From the NCBI GenBank assembly GCA_964620445.1, contig CAZUHB010000004.1, positions 45,461-109,460 of the forward strand: DNA of 64,000 nucleotides, written 5' to 3'. This document shows, piece after piece, positions 37,815 through 48,184 of the stretch. A program made the position numbers and the translations under genes. The notes beneath the pieces are model-generated. The model made no database searches and was not told the origin of the DNA. It saw only the letters and a list, made by a program, of their open reading frames with translations. Position 1 is the first letter of the stretch; every line of letters starts with the position of its first letter. The stretch comes from an uncultured Phycisphaerales bacterium. GTDB lineage: Bacteria > Planctomycetota > B15-G4 > CAYZWU01.

Positions 37815-40274
37815 TTATTCCCGCGATGTGAAGGAAGCGAGGCGCTTCCCGGTGCGGTCGGCGATTCTGGCATGCACGCGCGGTGTGCTGTCGGGCCCTT
37901 TGGTTGAGCCGAGATGGATCACGGCTTCTGCCCCCTCGGCGGTGGTGGCGCGGAGGGCGAAGCCGCTGTCCGTCCTTTCGAAATGCACCTTCTTCGCAGG
38001 GGGCGATCCCTTCCGGAACGGCTCGATCACGGTGACGAACTCGGCCCGCCTACAGGGCGCATCGTACGATGCGCTGAGATGCCACTGGGTCAGCTCGATC
38101 CTCGGCCGCGGTGGGGGATCGAATCGATCGGTCACCGCGATGGCCAGATCGCCGGGTGCGAAGAAGGTCACCCGGGCGGCGCTCTTCGCGCCTTCGACCG
38201 TGGCTTCGTTGCCGGTCACATCCATGGCGAAAGCCGAGTGAAGCCACCAGTCGAAGCGCGTGGTCGCAATCGGCGTCCCGGTCAGCGTCTGTGCCGCCGC
38301 GGGGCATTCCGCCGAGTCGAAGATCACGATCAGGGTCGGTTTGACGAAGAGGATCCGCCGCCTGAATGTGTCGAGCTTTCCCCCGTACGCTTCGGCCGCT
38401 TCCCCGGCCACGTAGTCGATCCGTTCGCTCGTGTGGAACTCGGTGATCCGTCCCCGCGCCGCGGCGCTGTGGGCTCTCTGCCCCTTGCCGTTCACGGTGA
38501 TCGCGTTGACCGACTTGGTCTGCCACATCCAGTTCTTGTGGTGGGCGCTGCCGTAGATGTCGCGGTGCCCCGAACGGATGAAGAGGCGCTCGCCGAAGGC
38601 GTTGACCAGGAAGGCGTTCTGCGACTCGTACCCGTGGCTCTGCGTGCCGAAGGGGCTCGACTTGAACAGAACCTGCACATTGTCGCCGGCATCGACCAGA
38701 GTCGTGTTGAGCGCGGCCACGCCCGTTCCGCCGAAGAGCCGCGACGTGGGCAGGTCCACGGGCGGGGTCGGCGCCACCGGGGGATGCGCGCCGCGCACGA
38801 AGTCGATGTAGGTCCGCGGCTCGGGCGGGCCGCCGTGGGCGTCGACATACCACTGCCAGTGGGGATTGCGCGCCTGGGCAGCCACGATCGCGCAGAGGGG
38901 TACGTTGCTCTTCGACTGGCGCCGGCCGCAGAGGTCGCCGAATCCGCCGCCTCTCTGGCCGGGCGGCATGAGATAGAGTGGAAAATCGCCGATCCGCGCG
39001 AAGTAGGGTTTCGCGTACGCGTCGAGGCCGAGCGCCGCCTGCATCACATCGGCCCACCAGGTGAAGCGCCCCATGTAGCTCAGCCAGTACGACATGCCCT
39101 CGTGCCACCCGCCGTCACTGTCGCTCCAGACCGGATAAACATTGCGGAAAACATTGGCCGCAAACCAGACCCAGTCGCCCGCCTCGGGAATCTCCCCGTG
39201 GAACGCGATGCCCACCTCGCCCAGAAAGTGCCAGGCGCGGTTCGAGTGGCTCGAATAGGGAAAGCCGAGATGGCGCGGGCAGAGATGGCGATACATCTCT
39301 CTGCCGCGCGCCGTCATGACCTCGCGGCAGAGAGCCCTTTCCTCCTCGGTGAGAGCAGGGTGAAGAAAGGTGTAGGTCCTGGCAAAGTGATAGGCGTAGG
39401 GCATGCCGGCCTCGTCGTTGTACCGGTACCCGGTGGCGCCGTGCGGATTCCACCGCGCAGAATCGAGAAGGAGTCTCCTGGCCAGGTCCTGGAATTCGGT
39501 CCGCTCCGCGATCAGTCCGGTGAAGGCCAGCGTGGCGGCCCCATCGAGGACCTTGATCGTGCGCGTCCGGTTTCCCCACCAGATCGCGCGCCACTCCTCG
39601 CTCTTGCGCACCGTGCCCCTGGGATAGGTGGGCGGTTCCTCGGTGGAGGGCGGATTCGCGAGAAGCGTCTCGCAGACGCGCACCAGCCGGTCGAACTCGA
39701 CCTTTCTCTCCTGTGCGGCAGCTCTTTTCAGCGCGGCGATCTCGCCGGGACGGACGAAGAGCCGCGGGTGCCTCTCGGGGATGCGCGCCAGCAACGTATC
39801 GCGGTCGGGGAGCGGAAACTCGACCGCGTCCTCCTCGATGGTGAACGCCCTCGCCCGGCTCCAGGCGGAGCGGTGCGCTTTCCTGGTGCGGAACCTGTAT
39901 TGCCAGGTGTAGTCCCCCGCGGCCAGAGGTGCGTCAGGGCAGAAGACATTGAAGCCGATCGCTTCAAAAACACGGACGCCCCCCGCGCCGGTGATCCTGA
40001 TCTCGTAGGAAGCCGCATCGGCCTGGCTCCTCCACGCGAAGCCGGGGGGCGTGATCGCGAGCGCTTCTCCGTGGGTGGGATGAAATCCCCACTCGCCAGG
40101 CCTGGCTGGACCGTCGTCGACAGGAAGATCCCGGGCCAGTCCCGGCACGCAGAAAGCGACCAAGACAAAGAGTGCCCGGAACGCGGACGGGCCGCAAAAA
40201 AAGAATTTCCCGTCCCATCGCGGCAGAAAATTCCCTTTTTGCGACCCGCCCCTGTTCCCGGCACTCTCTGTCAT
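37815..40274 (-). CDS. DUF4962 + heparinase II/III family polysaccharide lyase-like protein
   Basis: HPRLF, SHSNRAWHFLGE, DGGWHEGMSYW, FKSSPFGTQSHGYESQNAF; start placed after the upstream stop codon. Confidence 0.8.
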   Translation of the reverse strand: MTESAGNRGGSQKGNFLPRWDGKFFFCGPSAFRALFVLVAFCVPGLARDLPVDDGPARPGEWGFHPTHGEALAITPPGFAWRSQADAASYEIRITGAGGVRVFEAIGFNVFCPDAPLAAGDYTWQYRFRTRKAHRSAWSRARAFTIEEDAVEFPLPDRDTLLARIPERHPRLFVRPGEIAALKRAAAQERKVEFDRLVRVCETLLANPPSTEEPPTYPRGTVRKSEEWRAIWWGNRTRTIKVLDGAATLAFTGLIAERTEFQDLARRLLLDSARWNPHGATGYRYNDEAGMPYAYHFARTYTFLHPALTEEERALCREVMTARGREMYRHLCPRHLGFPYSSHSNRAWHFLGEVGIAFHGEIPEAGDWVWFAANVFRNVYPVWSDSDGGWHEGMSYWLSYMGRFTWWADVMQAALGLDAYAKPYFARIGDFPLYLMPPGQRGGGFGDLCGRRQSKSNVPLCAIVAAQARNPHWQWYVDAHGGPPEPRTYIDFVRGAHPPVAPTPPVDLPTSRLFGGTGVAALNTTLVDAGDNVQVLFKSSPFGTQSHGYESQNAFLVNAFGERLFIRSGHRDIYGSAHHKNWMWQTKSVNAITVNGKGQRAHSAAARGRITEFHTSERIDYVAGEAAEAYGGKLDTFRRRILFVKPTLIVIFDSAECPAAAQTLTGTPIATTRFDWWLHSAFAMDVTGNEATVEGAKSAARVTFFAPGDLAIAVTDRFDPPPRPRIELTQWHLSASYDAPCRRAEFVTVIEPFRKGSPPAKKVHFERTDSGFALRATTAEGAEAVIHLGSTKGPDSTPRVHARIADRTGKRLASFTSRE

Positions 40275-40287
40275 CTCTTCGACCGGT

Positions 40288-41841
40288 CTACTCGTAGGAC
40301 GACACGTAGATCTCGTCCTGGAAGGTTCCCTGGTAGACATTGTCGAGCGTATCGACGGCGAACTTTATGGTCCACATTCCCTGCGGGATCGGGCCGTAGT
40401 GGATCGTGTAGCTCGAGATCGATGTCAGAGGGAAGGCGATGGCACGTTTCACCCCGGGTTTCCAGTTGCCCGGCCAGACCCAGGAGTAGGTGCTTCCGCC
40501 CAGTTTTTCGGCCATGATCCACCAGTCCATGGTCGTGCCCTGGTAATCGCCCGGATCGAGGTGGATCGTCATGGTGACCGGCTGCGTGTCGGGAATGTTG
40601 AGGGGGCCGTCCTGGCCGTCGATCTTGATGTCCGGCACAGGATCGTTCCCCGAGTAGACAGCCACCTCGAAATCGCCGACCACCGGCTTGTGGTCGGAGG
40701 CGTAGCTGCTCGCCTGGGACGGATTCGGGAAGTTGTTCAGCTCGGGCGGACGCTGGCCCGAGCTCAGGGAAGCCGAGTTGAAAACGAATCCGAGCCTCTG
40801 CGTCGCAATGCTGTCCTGGTGTCCCAGGTAGTCGAGCTTGCTCGATCCGGAGGTGTTGCGCGAACCGCTTATCGGATCGGTGGCCGTGTCGTAAATGCTG
40901 TCGGTGCGGTCGCGATCGGTGCCGTCGTTCTGCGTCGACTGGGCGCGCACCATCCAGAGCCCCGGGCCGTCGCGGCCGTTGGTGGCCTCGTCCTCGTTCC
41001 AGTCCCCGCCCCAGATGACGGGCGTGTTGCTGCCGAGGATCTGCGTTGCGGGCGGGGAATCGTTGATCTTGCCGTTCGGATCGGGCGATCCGGTGCCGGC
41101 GCCGTTGAACCAGTAATCGATCAGGTAGGCGATGTTCTTGCCCGCCTCGAGGCGCTGCGCCTTGTCCGACGATCCGCCGCCCGCCTTGAGATGGCTGTTG
41201 CCCACCACGAGATCGCCGGGGTAATCGGTATCGGGCAGGTCGAGTTCGGCGAGCTGAAACCCGCGGATGCCTCCGTCGCCGCCGGGTGCGTACTGATCGG
41301 CATTCACGTGAGGCATGTCGCTGAGCTGGCTCTTTCCGTCGCCGTTGAGATCGGTGAAGGGGTACCGGCTCAGGATCACGTCGCGGTTGTAACCGTCGGT
41401 CTCGCTGCTCACGAAGACGTAGGGGAGCGTGTAGCCGGAGGCGTACTTTTCCACGTAGGCGGTGACCGGAACGTAGCCGTTGAATGGATCGTTTCCGCCG
41501 TTGAGGAACAGGTCGACCGTGGTGAGCAGGTTGCTGACCGAGTCGCCGTAGCTTCCCGTGCCATTGCCGTCATTGTCGCCTGCTTCCTGGAGAATGAGCA
41601 CGTCCGGTTGCAGCGACGCCACGATCACGGCCAGCGCGGTCCAGTTGTTCGTGCCCTCCTGCTTGTCGTTCGTCGAGCAGATCCCGTCGCTCACGTTCCA
41701 GGTCATGACGCGGATGTAGGCCGAGTCGTTCTTGCCCCACTCTCCCTGCGCCGGATCCCATCCCGCCAGGGCCGTGGGCATCGTGAGGGCGGCGATCAGG
41801 CAAAGGGACGCAAAGAGGTTAAAGCCTCGAATCATGCACAT
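40288..41841 (-). CDS. Secreted endonuclease/exonuclease/phosphatase (EEP) family protein with shared C-terminal domain
   Basis: IRVMTWNV, DVLILQE, NSHLKA, GGDWNE, LDYL, SDHKPV; C-terminal 'PDIKIDGQDGP' module. Confidence 0.87.
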   Translation of the reverse strand: MCMIRGFNLFASLCLIAALTMPTALAGWDPAQGEWGKNDSAYIRVMTWNVSDGICSTNDKQEGTNNWTALAVIVASLQPDVLILQEAGDNDGNGTGSYGDSVSNLLTTVDLFLNGGNDPFNGYVPVTAYVEKYASGYTLPYVFVSSETDGYNRDVILSRYPFTDLNGDGKSQLSDMPHVNADQYAPGGDGGIRGFQLAELDLPDTDYPGDLVVGNSHLKAGGGSSDKAQRLEAGKNIAYLIDYWFNGAGTGSPDPNGKINDSPPATQILGSNTPVIWGGDWNEDEATNGRDGPGLWMVRAQSTQNDGTDRDRTDSIYDTATDPISGSRNTSGSSKLDYLGHQDSIATQRLGFVFNSASLSSGQRPPELNNFPNPSQASSYASDHKPVVGDFEVAVYSGNDPVPDIKIDGQDGPLNIPDTQPVTMTIHLDPGDYQGTTMDWWIMAEKLGGSTYSWVWPGNWKPGVKRAIAFPLTSISSYTIHYGPIPQGMWTIKFAVDTLDNVYQGTFQDEIYVSSYE

Positions 41842-41964
41842 GTTTTTGCTCCTGTCGGGATTAGGCTCGATTTCTGCTGACCCTTTAAAATACAGGAATT
41901 AGGCAAAATGATCCATATGAAGCACTATTTTTCTCATCTGCCGCGCGCCGGGAAGCGACGAGAG

Positions 41965-42003
41965 TAGGTTTATTTACCTAGCTGCGGGCGAATCTGGTAT
42001 AAT
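41965..42003 (+). promoter_or_regulatory. Candidate operator palindrome plus -10 box
   Basis: TAGGT-N6-ACCTA (41965-41980) lies 17 nt upstream of TATAAT (41998-42003), between divergent genes. Confidence 0.4.
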
Positions 42004-42133
42004 TCCGCCGATTCGGGACAGGAAGTTACATCATTGTACGGTTCTTTGAAATCTATGGCGGGAGGCCGTTGAAAGAGCGCTCCGCGAGCGGGGTACTTCC
42101 TTTTTCATCAGCCTCCCATGAGGAGGTGCACCC

Positions 42134-44161
42134 ATGCCCAGGATCATTGTTGTGCTGATCGTGGCCAGCCTTCTTCTGGTTTTTCACGGCCTCGGCGCCG
42201 CGTACGAGCCCATGCCGGCCGAGGCGACCACAAATCCCGAGGGCGGTTCCGAACCCCGCTCGGAGATCGAAAACGTTTTTATCGTGATCATCGACGGAAT
42301 ACGAAACAGCGAAGCCTTCGAGCATCCAATGCACGTCTTCATTCCTCGCATCTGGAACGACCTGAGACCGCTCGGTACGATCTACAGCTCATTCGTCAAC
42401 GCGGGCCATACGGCCACTTCGGCCGGTCATGGCGCGATCACCTCGGGCGTGACACAGTTCATACCCAACACGCTCTGGTTCACCCATGAAGACATCGTGC
42501 GGATCCAGGAGGAGCCGAGCCTCTTTCAGTACTATCGCAAGCAGCGCGGAATCCCCGAGGACAAGACGTGGATCATCAACGGGAAGGGAGGGATGATCGA
42601 GTACGTGGGGATCTCCCAGCATCCTTCCTTTCGAGGGGATTTCGCCCCGTCCCTTTCGTTCCACGACCTGGTGAGCGACGATACGACGTGGGCCGAGGCA
42701 GAGCGGGTGATCGACACCTACCACCCGTCGCTCGCCATGATCAACCTGGCCGACGTGGACGAGTATGGCCACACCGGGAACTGGAAGCTCTACACGCAGG
42801 CGATCCGCCGCGCGGACCAGATCGTGTACGACCTCTGCCAGAAGATCTGGAGCGATCCTTTTTACGACGGCAACACGGCCATCTTCATCACGAGCGACCA
42901 CGGCCGCCATCTCGACGGGGTGTTCGACGGATTCAAGGAACACGGCTGTTCGTGCATGGGGTGCCGTGCCGTCCCCTTTCTGGCCATAGGGCCGGGCATC
43001 AAGCAGGACGCGGTCGTCAGCAAGCGGGGATTTCTCCGCGACATCGCGCCCACGGTGGCCTGCATGCTCGATTTCGACGTGCACCTGGCGCGGGGCAGAA
43101 TCTTGAGGGATCTGTTCGAAACGCCTCCGGCCGGAGAACCGATGGCGCTCGTCGATCCTGTCGTGGCCGCGGCCGCCGACAAAACCCACGTGGCCGCCTG
43201 CCTGCTGGGGGACATGTCCGGCTCCATAGCCTATTCCTACGCGGCGAACCGGGGCTCCCGGCGGGAAGGCTTTGCGATCCTCAGCGGGGGCACGACCAAC
43301 TTCTCACCATCCATCGCGGCATTGGATGACCGCGTGGCCGTGGCCTGGACCTGCGGCTTCGCCGATGGATCGTACCGGATCGCGGCGCGCGAAAGCACGG
43401 ACAACGGGTCCAGCTGGAACGAGGGGATCGTGCTCGACGGCCAGTATCCCTACTGGGAGGACCTCTTCCCCTGCGCCTTCTACAGCGGCAACGAGCTGCG
43501 CGTGGTCTGGACGGAGGCGCGCATATCGAGGTGCGCCGTGAACATGGCTGTCATCAGGGACGGGGAGGTGGTCAGAACAGACACCTTTTACGATGTCTTC
43601 ACGGAACGGCCGCGCTGCTCGGCCGGCCCGGGCGGGACACACGCGGTTTTCCAGCGGCTCGACGGGACGGAAAAGAACTTCGATATCCGGTACTGCTTCC
43701 ACGATGACAACGGCTGGCTCCCTTCGGTGAACACGGGTGCCACGATCGGCGAATCGCTGCGTCCCGACGTGGTTGCCGACTCGAACGGAATACACCTGGT
43801 CTGGGGTGAAAACGACAACAGCCTCTTCCGCCTGATGTCGCGGCGATCCGCGGAGGGAACGGTCTGGTCCGATTCGGTCGAGATCGGCAGTTCGGGTTTC
43901 GGCGCCTGGCGGCCGCGCCTCGCGGCGGCGAACGGCAAACTCCTCACCGTCTGGGAGGGTTACGACAACGACGTTCCCGGGATCTTCGCCTCGTCGAGCG
44001 CTGACAGCGGCGCCACCTGGTCGACGGCGGTCCGCCTCACCCCTCCCGAAGAGGTGGCGACCAATCCGGCCATGGTGATCGACGAGGCCAACGTGCTGCA
44101 CCTGGTCTGGATGAAGGGCTCCCAGCCGACAAGGCTCGGGTGGATGCACCTTCAGCTCTAG
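42134..44161 (+). CDS. Secreted alkaline-phosphatase-superfamily enzyme fused to a BNR/sialidase-like propeller
   Basis: VFIVIIDGIR, TATSAGHGAITSG, DEYGH, ITSDHGR; Asp-box-like STDNGSSW and SADSGATWS. Confidence 0.8.
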   Translation: MPRIIVVLIVASLLLVFHGLGAAYEPMPAEATTNPEGGSEPRSEIENVFIVIIDGIRNSEAFEHPMHVFIPRIWNDLRPLGTIYSSFVNAGHTATSAGHGAITSGVTQFIPNTLWFTHEDIVRIQEEPSLFQYYRKQRGIPEDKTWIINGKGGMIEYVGISQHPSFRGDFAPSLSFHDLVSDDTTWAEAERVIDTYHPSLAMINLADVDEYGHTGNWKLYTQAIRRADQIVYDLCQKIWSDPFYDGNTAIFITSDHGRHLDGVFDGFKEHGCSCMGCRAVPFLAIGPGIKQDAVVSKRGFLRDIAPTVACMLDFDVHLARGRILRDLFETPPAGEPMALVDPVVAAAADKTHVAACLLGDMSGSIAYSYAANRGSRREGFAILSGGTTNFSPSIAALDDRVAVAWTCGFADGSYRIAARESTDNGSSWNEGIVLDGQYPYWEDLFPCAFYSGNELRVVWTEARISRCAVNMAVIRDGEVVRTDTFYDVFTERPRCSAGPGGTHAVFQRLDGTEKNFDIRYCFHDDNGWLPSVNTGATIGESLRPDVVADSNGIHLVWGENDNSLFRLMSRRSAEGTVWSDSVEIGSSGFGAWRPRLAAANGKLLTVWEGYDNDVPGIFASSSADSGATWSTAVRLTPPEEVATNPAMVIDEANVLHLVWMKGSQPTRLGWMHLQL

Positions 44162-44185
44162 ATCAGCCGCCGCCCGGCCCGGCTC

Positions 44186-45661
44186 TCACCTGTAATAGAC
44201 AACCCTGACGATAGCCAGCGTCTTGCACACGAGGCAGGGATCCCTCGTCTTCGTGTCCTCTCCGCGGGGGAAGTAGTAGAACCATCCCTTGCCCTCGCAG
44301 GAGGCGCACTTTCTGAGCCGGACCCTGCGGACGTGCACGTCGCCCGATTGCTCGGCGTAGAAGGCGCAGACGAGCTGCTTCTTCCACTCGACCTTCGAAT
44401 TGCGCCACCACTGTTCGGGGGATTGACCGATCGCGTCCGGCGGTTGCGCCGTCGACACGCGGCGCTTGGCGTGCTCGTCCCTCTTTTTCTTGATCGCCTC
44501 GATTTTCTGCTTGAGCTTCTCGTCCACGGTGAGCGGGTCGTTCTTCTTCTCCTTCCGCTCCGGTTCCCTGGCCTCGGCAGGGAGAAGATGGGCCTGCTCG
44601 CCGAGGATGAACGTGGCCGTGCCGTACGTGGCGGTTCGGAGGCCCCCGCCTTTGCGGTTCTTCCAGAGTTCCTCGATCTCCTCGATTTTCATCCCGTACT
44701 GCCGGGCCAGCATCTCCTTGATGTCGAAGCACATCTCGTCGCGCGCGTAGGCGAGGGCGTCGCCGAGGGAAAGGCCGTCCTCTCTCGCCACCTCGGCCGC
44801 CACGCGGTCGATCATCGTGAAGTAGTCGGTCAGGATGAGCTGCTGGTAGTGGGCGCGCCTCTTGACCAGGATCTTCGCCCGCAGGGCTTCGAGCTCCCCC
44901 TTCTGCCTGCTGAAGGGAAAGGTGCGCACGAAGGTTTCGCACATCTCGAGGGCGCGGGAGAACTTCTTTCTGTAAAGCCGGTTCCGGATTTCGGCCAGGT
45001 ACCGGGTGGCCTCCTGCTCGATTTGCTTGATTTCGATCTGCTCGATCTTGTGCGCCGTTGCCTTCGGTTTGAACATGGGATCGAGTGCGGCCGCCATGCG
45101 AAAATGCTCGAGCGCCCTCGAGTAGAAGGCGATCGCTTCGCAATAAACGCCGGCCTTGAAGTGCTCGAGGGCGGTTTCGGGAGGAGCGGCGCCGACCTTC
45201 CGATCGTACAGTTCCTGACCGGTGTAGATCTCCTGCGCCTCGACCTCGACCGTTTCCACGTTCCTGATGCGGTCGTGCAGGTAGTCGTAGTCTTTGCCCA
45301 TACGGTGCAGGGTGACGATCCCGGGACGGGACGGCTCCACGCGCACACCGGTCACGTATGTGCCGTTGTCGAGAAGCATCCGCGTGGCGCGGATCGAAAT
45401 CGTCTCGACTTCCATGTTTCCGTAGCCGTGGGCGGTCTTGATCTCCTCCGCGTCGGTGTCGACGATGTGCTCCCATCGGAGCGCCACGATTCCCCCGTTG
45501 TCGCAGCGCTCGACCACGATGCCCACCTCGGCATCGAAGGAGACGAGCGTTCCGTGCAGCTCGATCCCGTTCTTCAGGCGGATGACATCGGCCGAGCCGA
45601 TCTGGCCCGCCAGAACGAGCCCGGTCATGGCAAGGAGGACGATTTTTACGGGCGATCTCAT
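44186..45661 (-). CDS. Secreted hypothetical protein with C-terminal CxxCxGxG/CxxC zinc-finger-like motif
   Basis: Signal peptide MRSPVKIVLLAMTGLVLAG; 'ADVIRLKNGIELHG' start; C-terminal CASCEGKG...CLVCKTLA. Confidence 0.7.
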   Translation of the reverse strand: MRSPVKIVLLAMTGLVLAGQIGSADVIRLKNGIELHGTLVSFDAEVGIVVERCDNGGIVALRWEHIVDTDAEEIKTAHGYGNMEVETISIRATRMLLDNGTYVTGVRVEPSRPGIVTLHRMGKDYDYLHDRIRNVETVEVEAQEIYTGQELYDRKVGAAPPETALEHFKAGVYCEAIAFYSRALEHFRMAAALDPMFKPKATAHKIEQIEIKQIEQEATRYLAEIRNRLYRKKFSRALEMCETFVRTFPFSRQKGELEALRAKILVKRRAHYQQLILTDYFTMIDRVAAEVAREDGLSLGDALAYARDEMCFDIKEMLARQYGMKIEEIEELWKNRKGGGLRTATYGTATFILGEQAHLLPAEAREPERKEKKNDPLTVDEKLKQKIEAIKKKRDEHAKRRVSTAQPPDAIGQSPEQWWRNSKVEWKKQLVCAFYAEQSGDVHVRRVRLRKCASCEGKGWFYYFPRGEDTKTRDPCLVCKTLAIVRVVYYR

Positions 45662-45947
45662 CAGCCGATCCCTGATGGCGCCACGACGGCGCGATCCGAT
45701 TCTGCCCAGATTCCTTGGTCGATCGCGGCCGGGTTGTCGTTCGGGGTGCGGTTTCGGATTCCGGCCATTCAATGTATCGGGCGATTCGATCCCGGACACG
45801 GACTTTTTGGAAAAACCGGGCCGATCGAGACCGATCGCACGGGGCGGGCGGGCAGGATTGATGATCGATCGAGGTGAGGATACTTTTCGTGGCCGCTGAA
45901 TGGTAAGATTGCAGCAAACCGTAATCCGCGTACTGATACATGGCAGG

Positions 45948-48029
45948 ATGATCAGAAACCCGAAAAACCGGCTTCGGCCAGTGAGTGCACTTCGCTGGAT
46001 CGTTTCGATCTGGGCGCTGGGATTGGTCTTCCGCCTGCTCTATTTTTTTCAGTGCCGCGACTGTCCCATCGCTGATTTCCACTACCTGCTCATCGACTCC
46101 AATTTCTACGATCTCTGGGCCAAGAGCCTCGCGGGCGGCGACTGGGTGGGCGGCGAAGCGTTTTTCATGGGGCCCCTCTATCCCTACTGTCTCGGCCTGG
46201 TCTACAAATTCTTCGGAACCGAATTCGTTCTTGTGCGCCTCATCCAGACCTTGGTGGGATCGGTCTCGTGCGTGGGAGTCTTCTGGCTCGGCAAGCGGCT
46301 CTTCGGCGAGAGGATCGGTCTTCTGGCCGCGCTGCTCTTCAATCTCTACGGACTGTTCTATTTTTACGAGAACCTTCTTCTGGGAACGAGTCTGATCGTA
46401 TCGGTCACACTCCTGTGCGCGATCGTTCTCGTGGAAGCGAGCCTGCGCAACAGGTGGTGGTGGTGGCTGGCCGCGGGGATCTGCGTCGGTGTGTGCGCCG
46501 TGGGCAAGGCGAACATGCTCATGGCCGCGCTCTTCGTGATCCCCTGGATCGTGGTGATCAACCGGGGCCGCCCCCGGTGGGCGGGCCTTTCGAGGTGCTC
46601 TGTCTTCGCGGCGGGCCTGATCTTGACGGTTGCGCCGGTGACGGTGAGAAACTACGTGGTGCAGAAGGATTTCGTTCTACTCACGGCCAACGGGGGGTTC
46701 AATTTTTACCTGGGCAATAATCCCGACTCGGACGGCGTGTGGATGAGGAGCGAGCTCCCCTATCCGGGCGCCAACATCGATGGCCACGTCGAGGCCCTGA
46801 TGACCGGGCGGAAGGCGTACCGGACCCTTCAACCCTCCGAGATCGGATCGACTCTGGTCAAGGAGTCATGGGCCTTCATGACCGGCTCGCCGGGCGACTA
46901 CCTCGTCCTGCTGGGGAAGAAGTTCATGGCCTCCGTCAATGCCGTCGAGGTGTGCAACAGGGACGACTACCGGTTTGCGAGCCGTTTCTGCTGGTTTCTG
47001 AGGCTTCCGCTTCTGAGCTTCGGTCTGCTCGCTCCCCTCGGTTTGCTCGGTTTCCTTCTCTGTGCGCGGCATGTGCGCCGCTACTTCGTGCCTCTTCTCT
47101 TCGTCCTGATTCCCTTCGCCACCATGCTGATGATTTTCGTCCTCTCCCGGTACCGGCTACCGGCAGTGCCCTTTCTGTGTCTCTTTGCCGCGCAGGCCCT
47201 TGCGGGCGCGTGGGGCCTTCTCGAACGGAAAGCATGGAAAGGGCTGGGCGTGTGGATCATCGCTCTGGCCGGGATCGCCGTGCTGGTTCACTGGCCCTTC
47301 GAAAGCCTTCGCGTGAATTACTGGCGCGGCGCGTCCAACGCGGCCTACGCCAGCTACCTGGCGGGCAAGGGTCTCAAGGACCAGGCGATGGACGAGGCGG
47401 AGCGGATCCTGTCCATGAATCCGAACGAACCGATCGCGCTCGACCTTCACGCACAGCTCTTGATCGAGAAGGGTCAGCTGTCTCGGGCGGCCAACGATCT
47501 CCGCCGCGGCGTGGCCCACCACCCCGATGACCTGCTCTGGGTCTTGCAGCTCGCGATCGTCCTGGAGCACATGGGTCGGTTCGAGGAGCTGAGCGCCCTC
47601 TATGAAGAGACGATCGCGCGCGAGGAACCCAAGGCGCTCGAGAGGGGAGCCGCGCCTCCGCTGCTCGGAAGGATCTTTCTGGGGCAGGGCCAGCTTCGCG
47701 ACGGGACCGGGGACCGCGGGGGGGCGGAGCGGGCTTTCCGGAAGGCCGTGCACTACGCACCGAACGATCCCGATCTGTTCGATACGCTCGTTCTCTATCT
47801 GGCCGAGGATCGGGAAACACGCGGCGAGGCTCTGGCCATGGCCGAGCGGAGCGCCGGTGCGGCCCCCACGGCCCGCCAGCTCTGCTTGCTCGGCTGGGTC
47901 CATTTCAAGGCGGGCCGCCTGGAGGAGGCGCGATCCCTGCTGGAACGGGCACAGGCCAGCGGGCCGCAGAATCCCACGGTTCGAAATCGTCTGAAAGAGC
48001 TCGAGCAGAAGCTGGACGCCCGGCGGTAG
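45948..48029 (+). CDS. GT39/ArnT-like membrane glycosyltransferase with TPR repeats
   Basis: DSNFYDLWA, FFMGPLYPY, NGGFNFYLGNN, RYRLP; multiple TM helices; C-terminal TPRs. Confidence 0.82.
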   Translation: MIRNPKNRLRPVSALRWIVSIWALGLVFRLLYFFQCRDCPIADFHYLLIDSNFYDLWAKSLAGGDWVGGEAFFMGPLYPYCLGLVYKFFGTEFVLVRLIQTLVGSVSCVGVFWLGKRLFGERIGLLAALLFNLYGLFYFYENLLLGTSLIVSVTLLCAIVLVEASLRNRWWWWLAAGICVGVCAVGKANMLMAALFVIPWIVVINRGRPRWAGLSRCSVFAAGLILTVAPVTVRNYVVQKDFVLLTANGGFNFYLGNNPDSDGVWMRSELPYPGANIDGHVEALMTGRKAYRTLQPSEIGSTLVKESWAFMTGSPGDYLVLLGKKFMASVNAVEVCNRDDYRFASRFCWFLRLPLLSFGLLAPLGLLGFLLCARHVRRYFVPLLFVLIPFATMLMIFVLSRYRLPAVPFLCLFAAQALAGAWGLLERKAWKGLGVWIIALAGIAVLVHWPFESLRVNYWRGASNAAYASYLAGKGLKDQAMDEAERILSMNPNEPIALDLHAQLLIEKGQLSRAANDLRRGVAHHPDDLLWVLQLAIVLEHMGRFEELSALYEETIAREEPKALERGAAPPLLGRIFLGQGQLRDGTGDRGGAERAFRKAVHYAPNDPDLFDTLVLYLAEDRETRGEALAMAERSAGAAPTARQLCLLGWVHFKAGRLEEARSLLERAQASGPQNPTVRNRLKELEQKLDARR

Positions 48030-48184
48030 AACCTGAACTCTCGGGCCGCCCGCCGTGCCCCGCCCGCCTCCGCGCGAGGGCACTATTTTTTTGGTTAATC
48101 CGCCGCGGAAGCAAAAGGCGCGGCCGGTCATTGTCGATCTTCTCGAAGAGGGCCCGATCCCGTATTGGAGGATCCGACCGGAAA

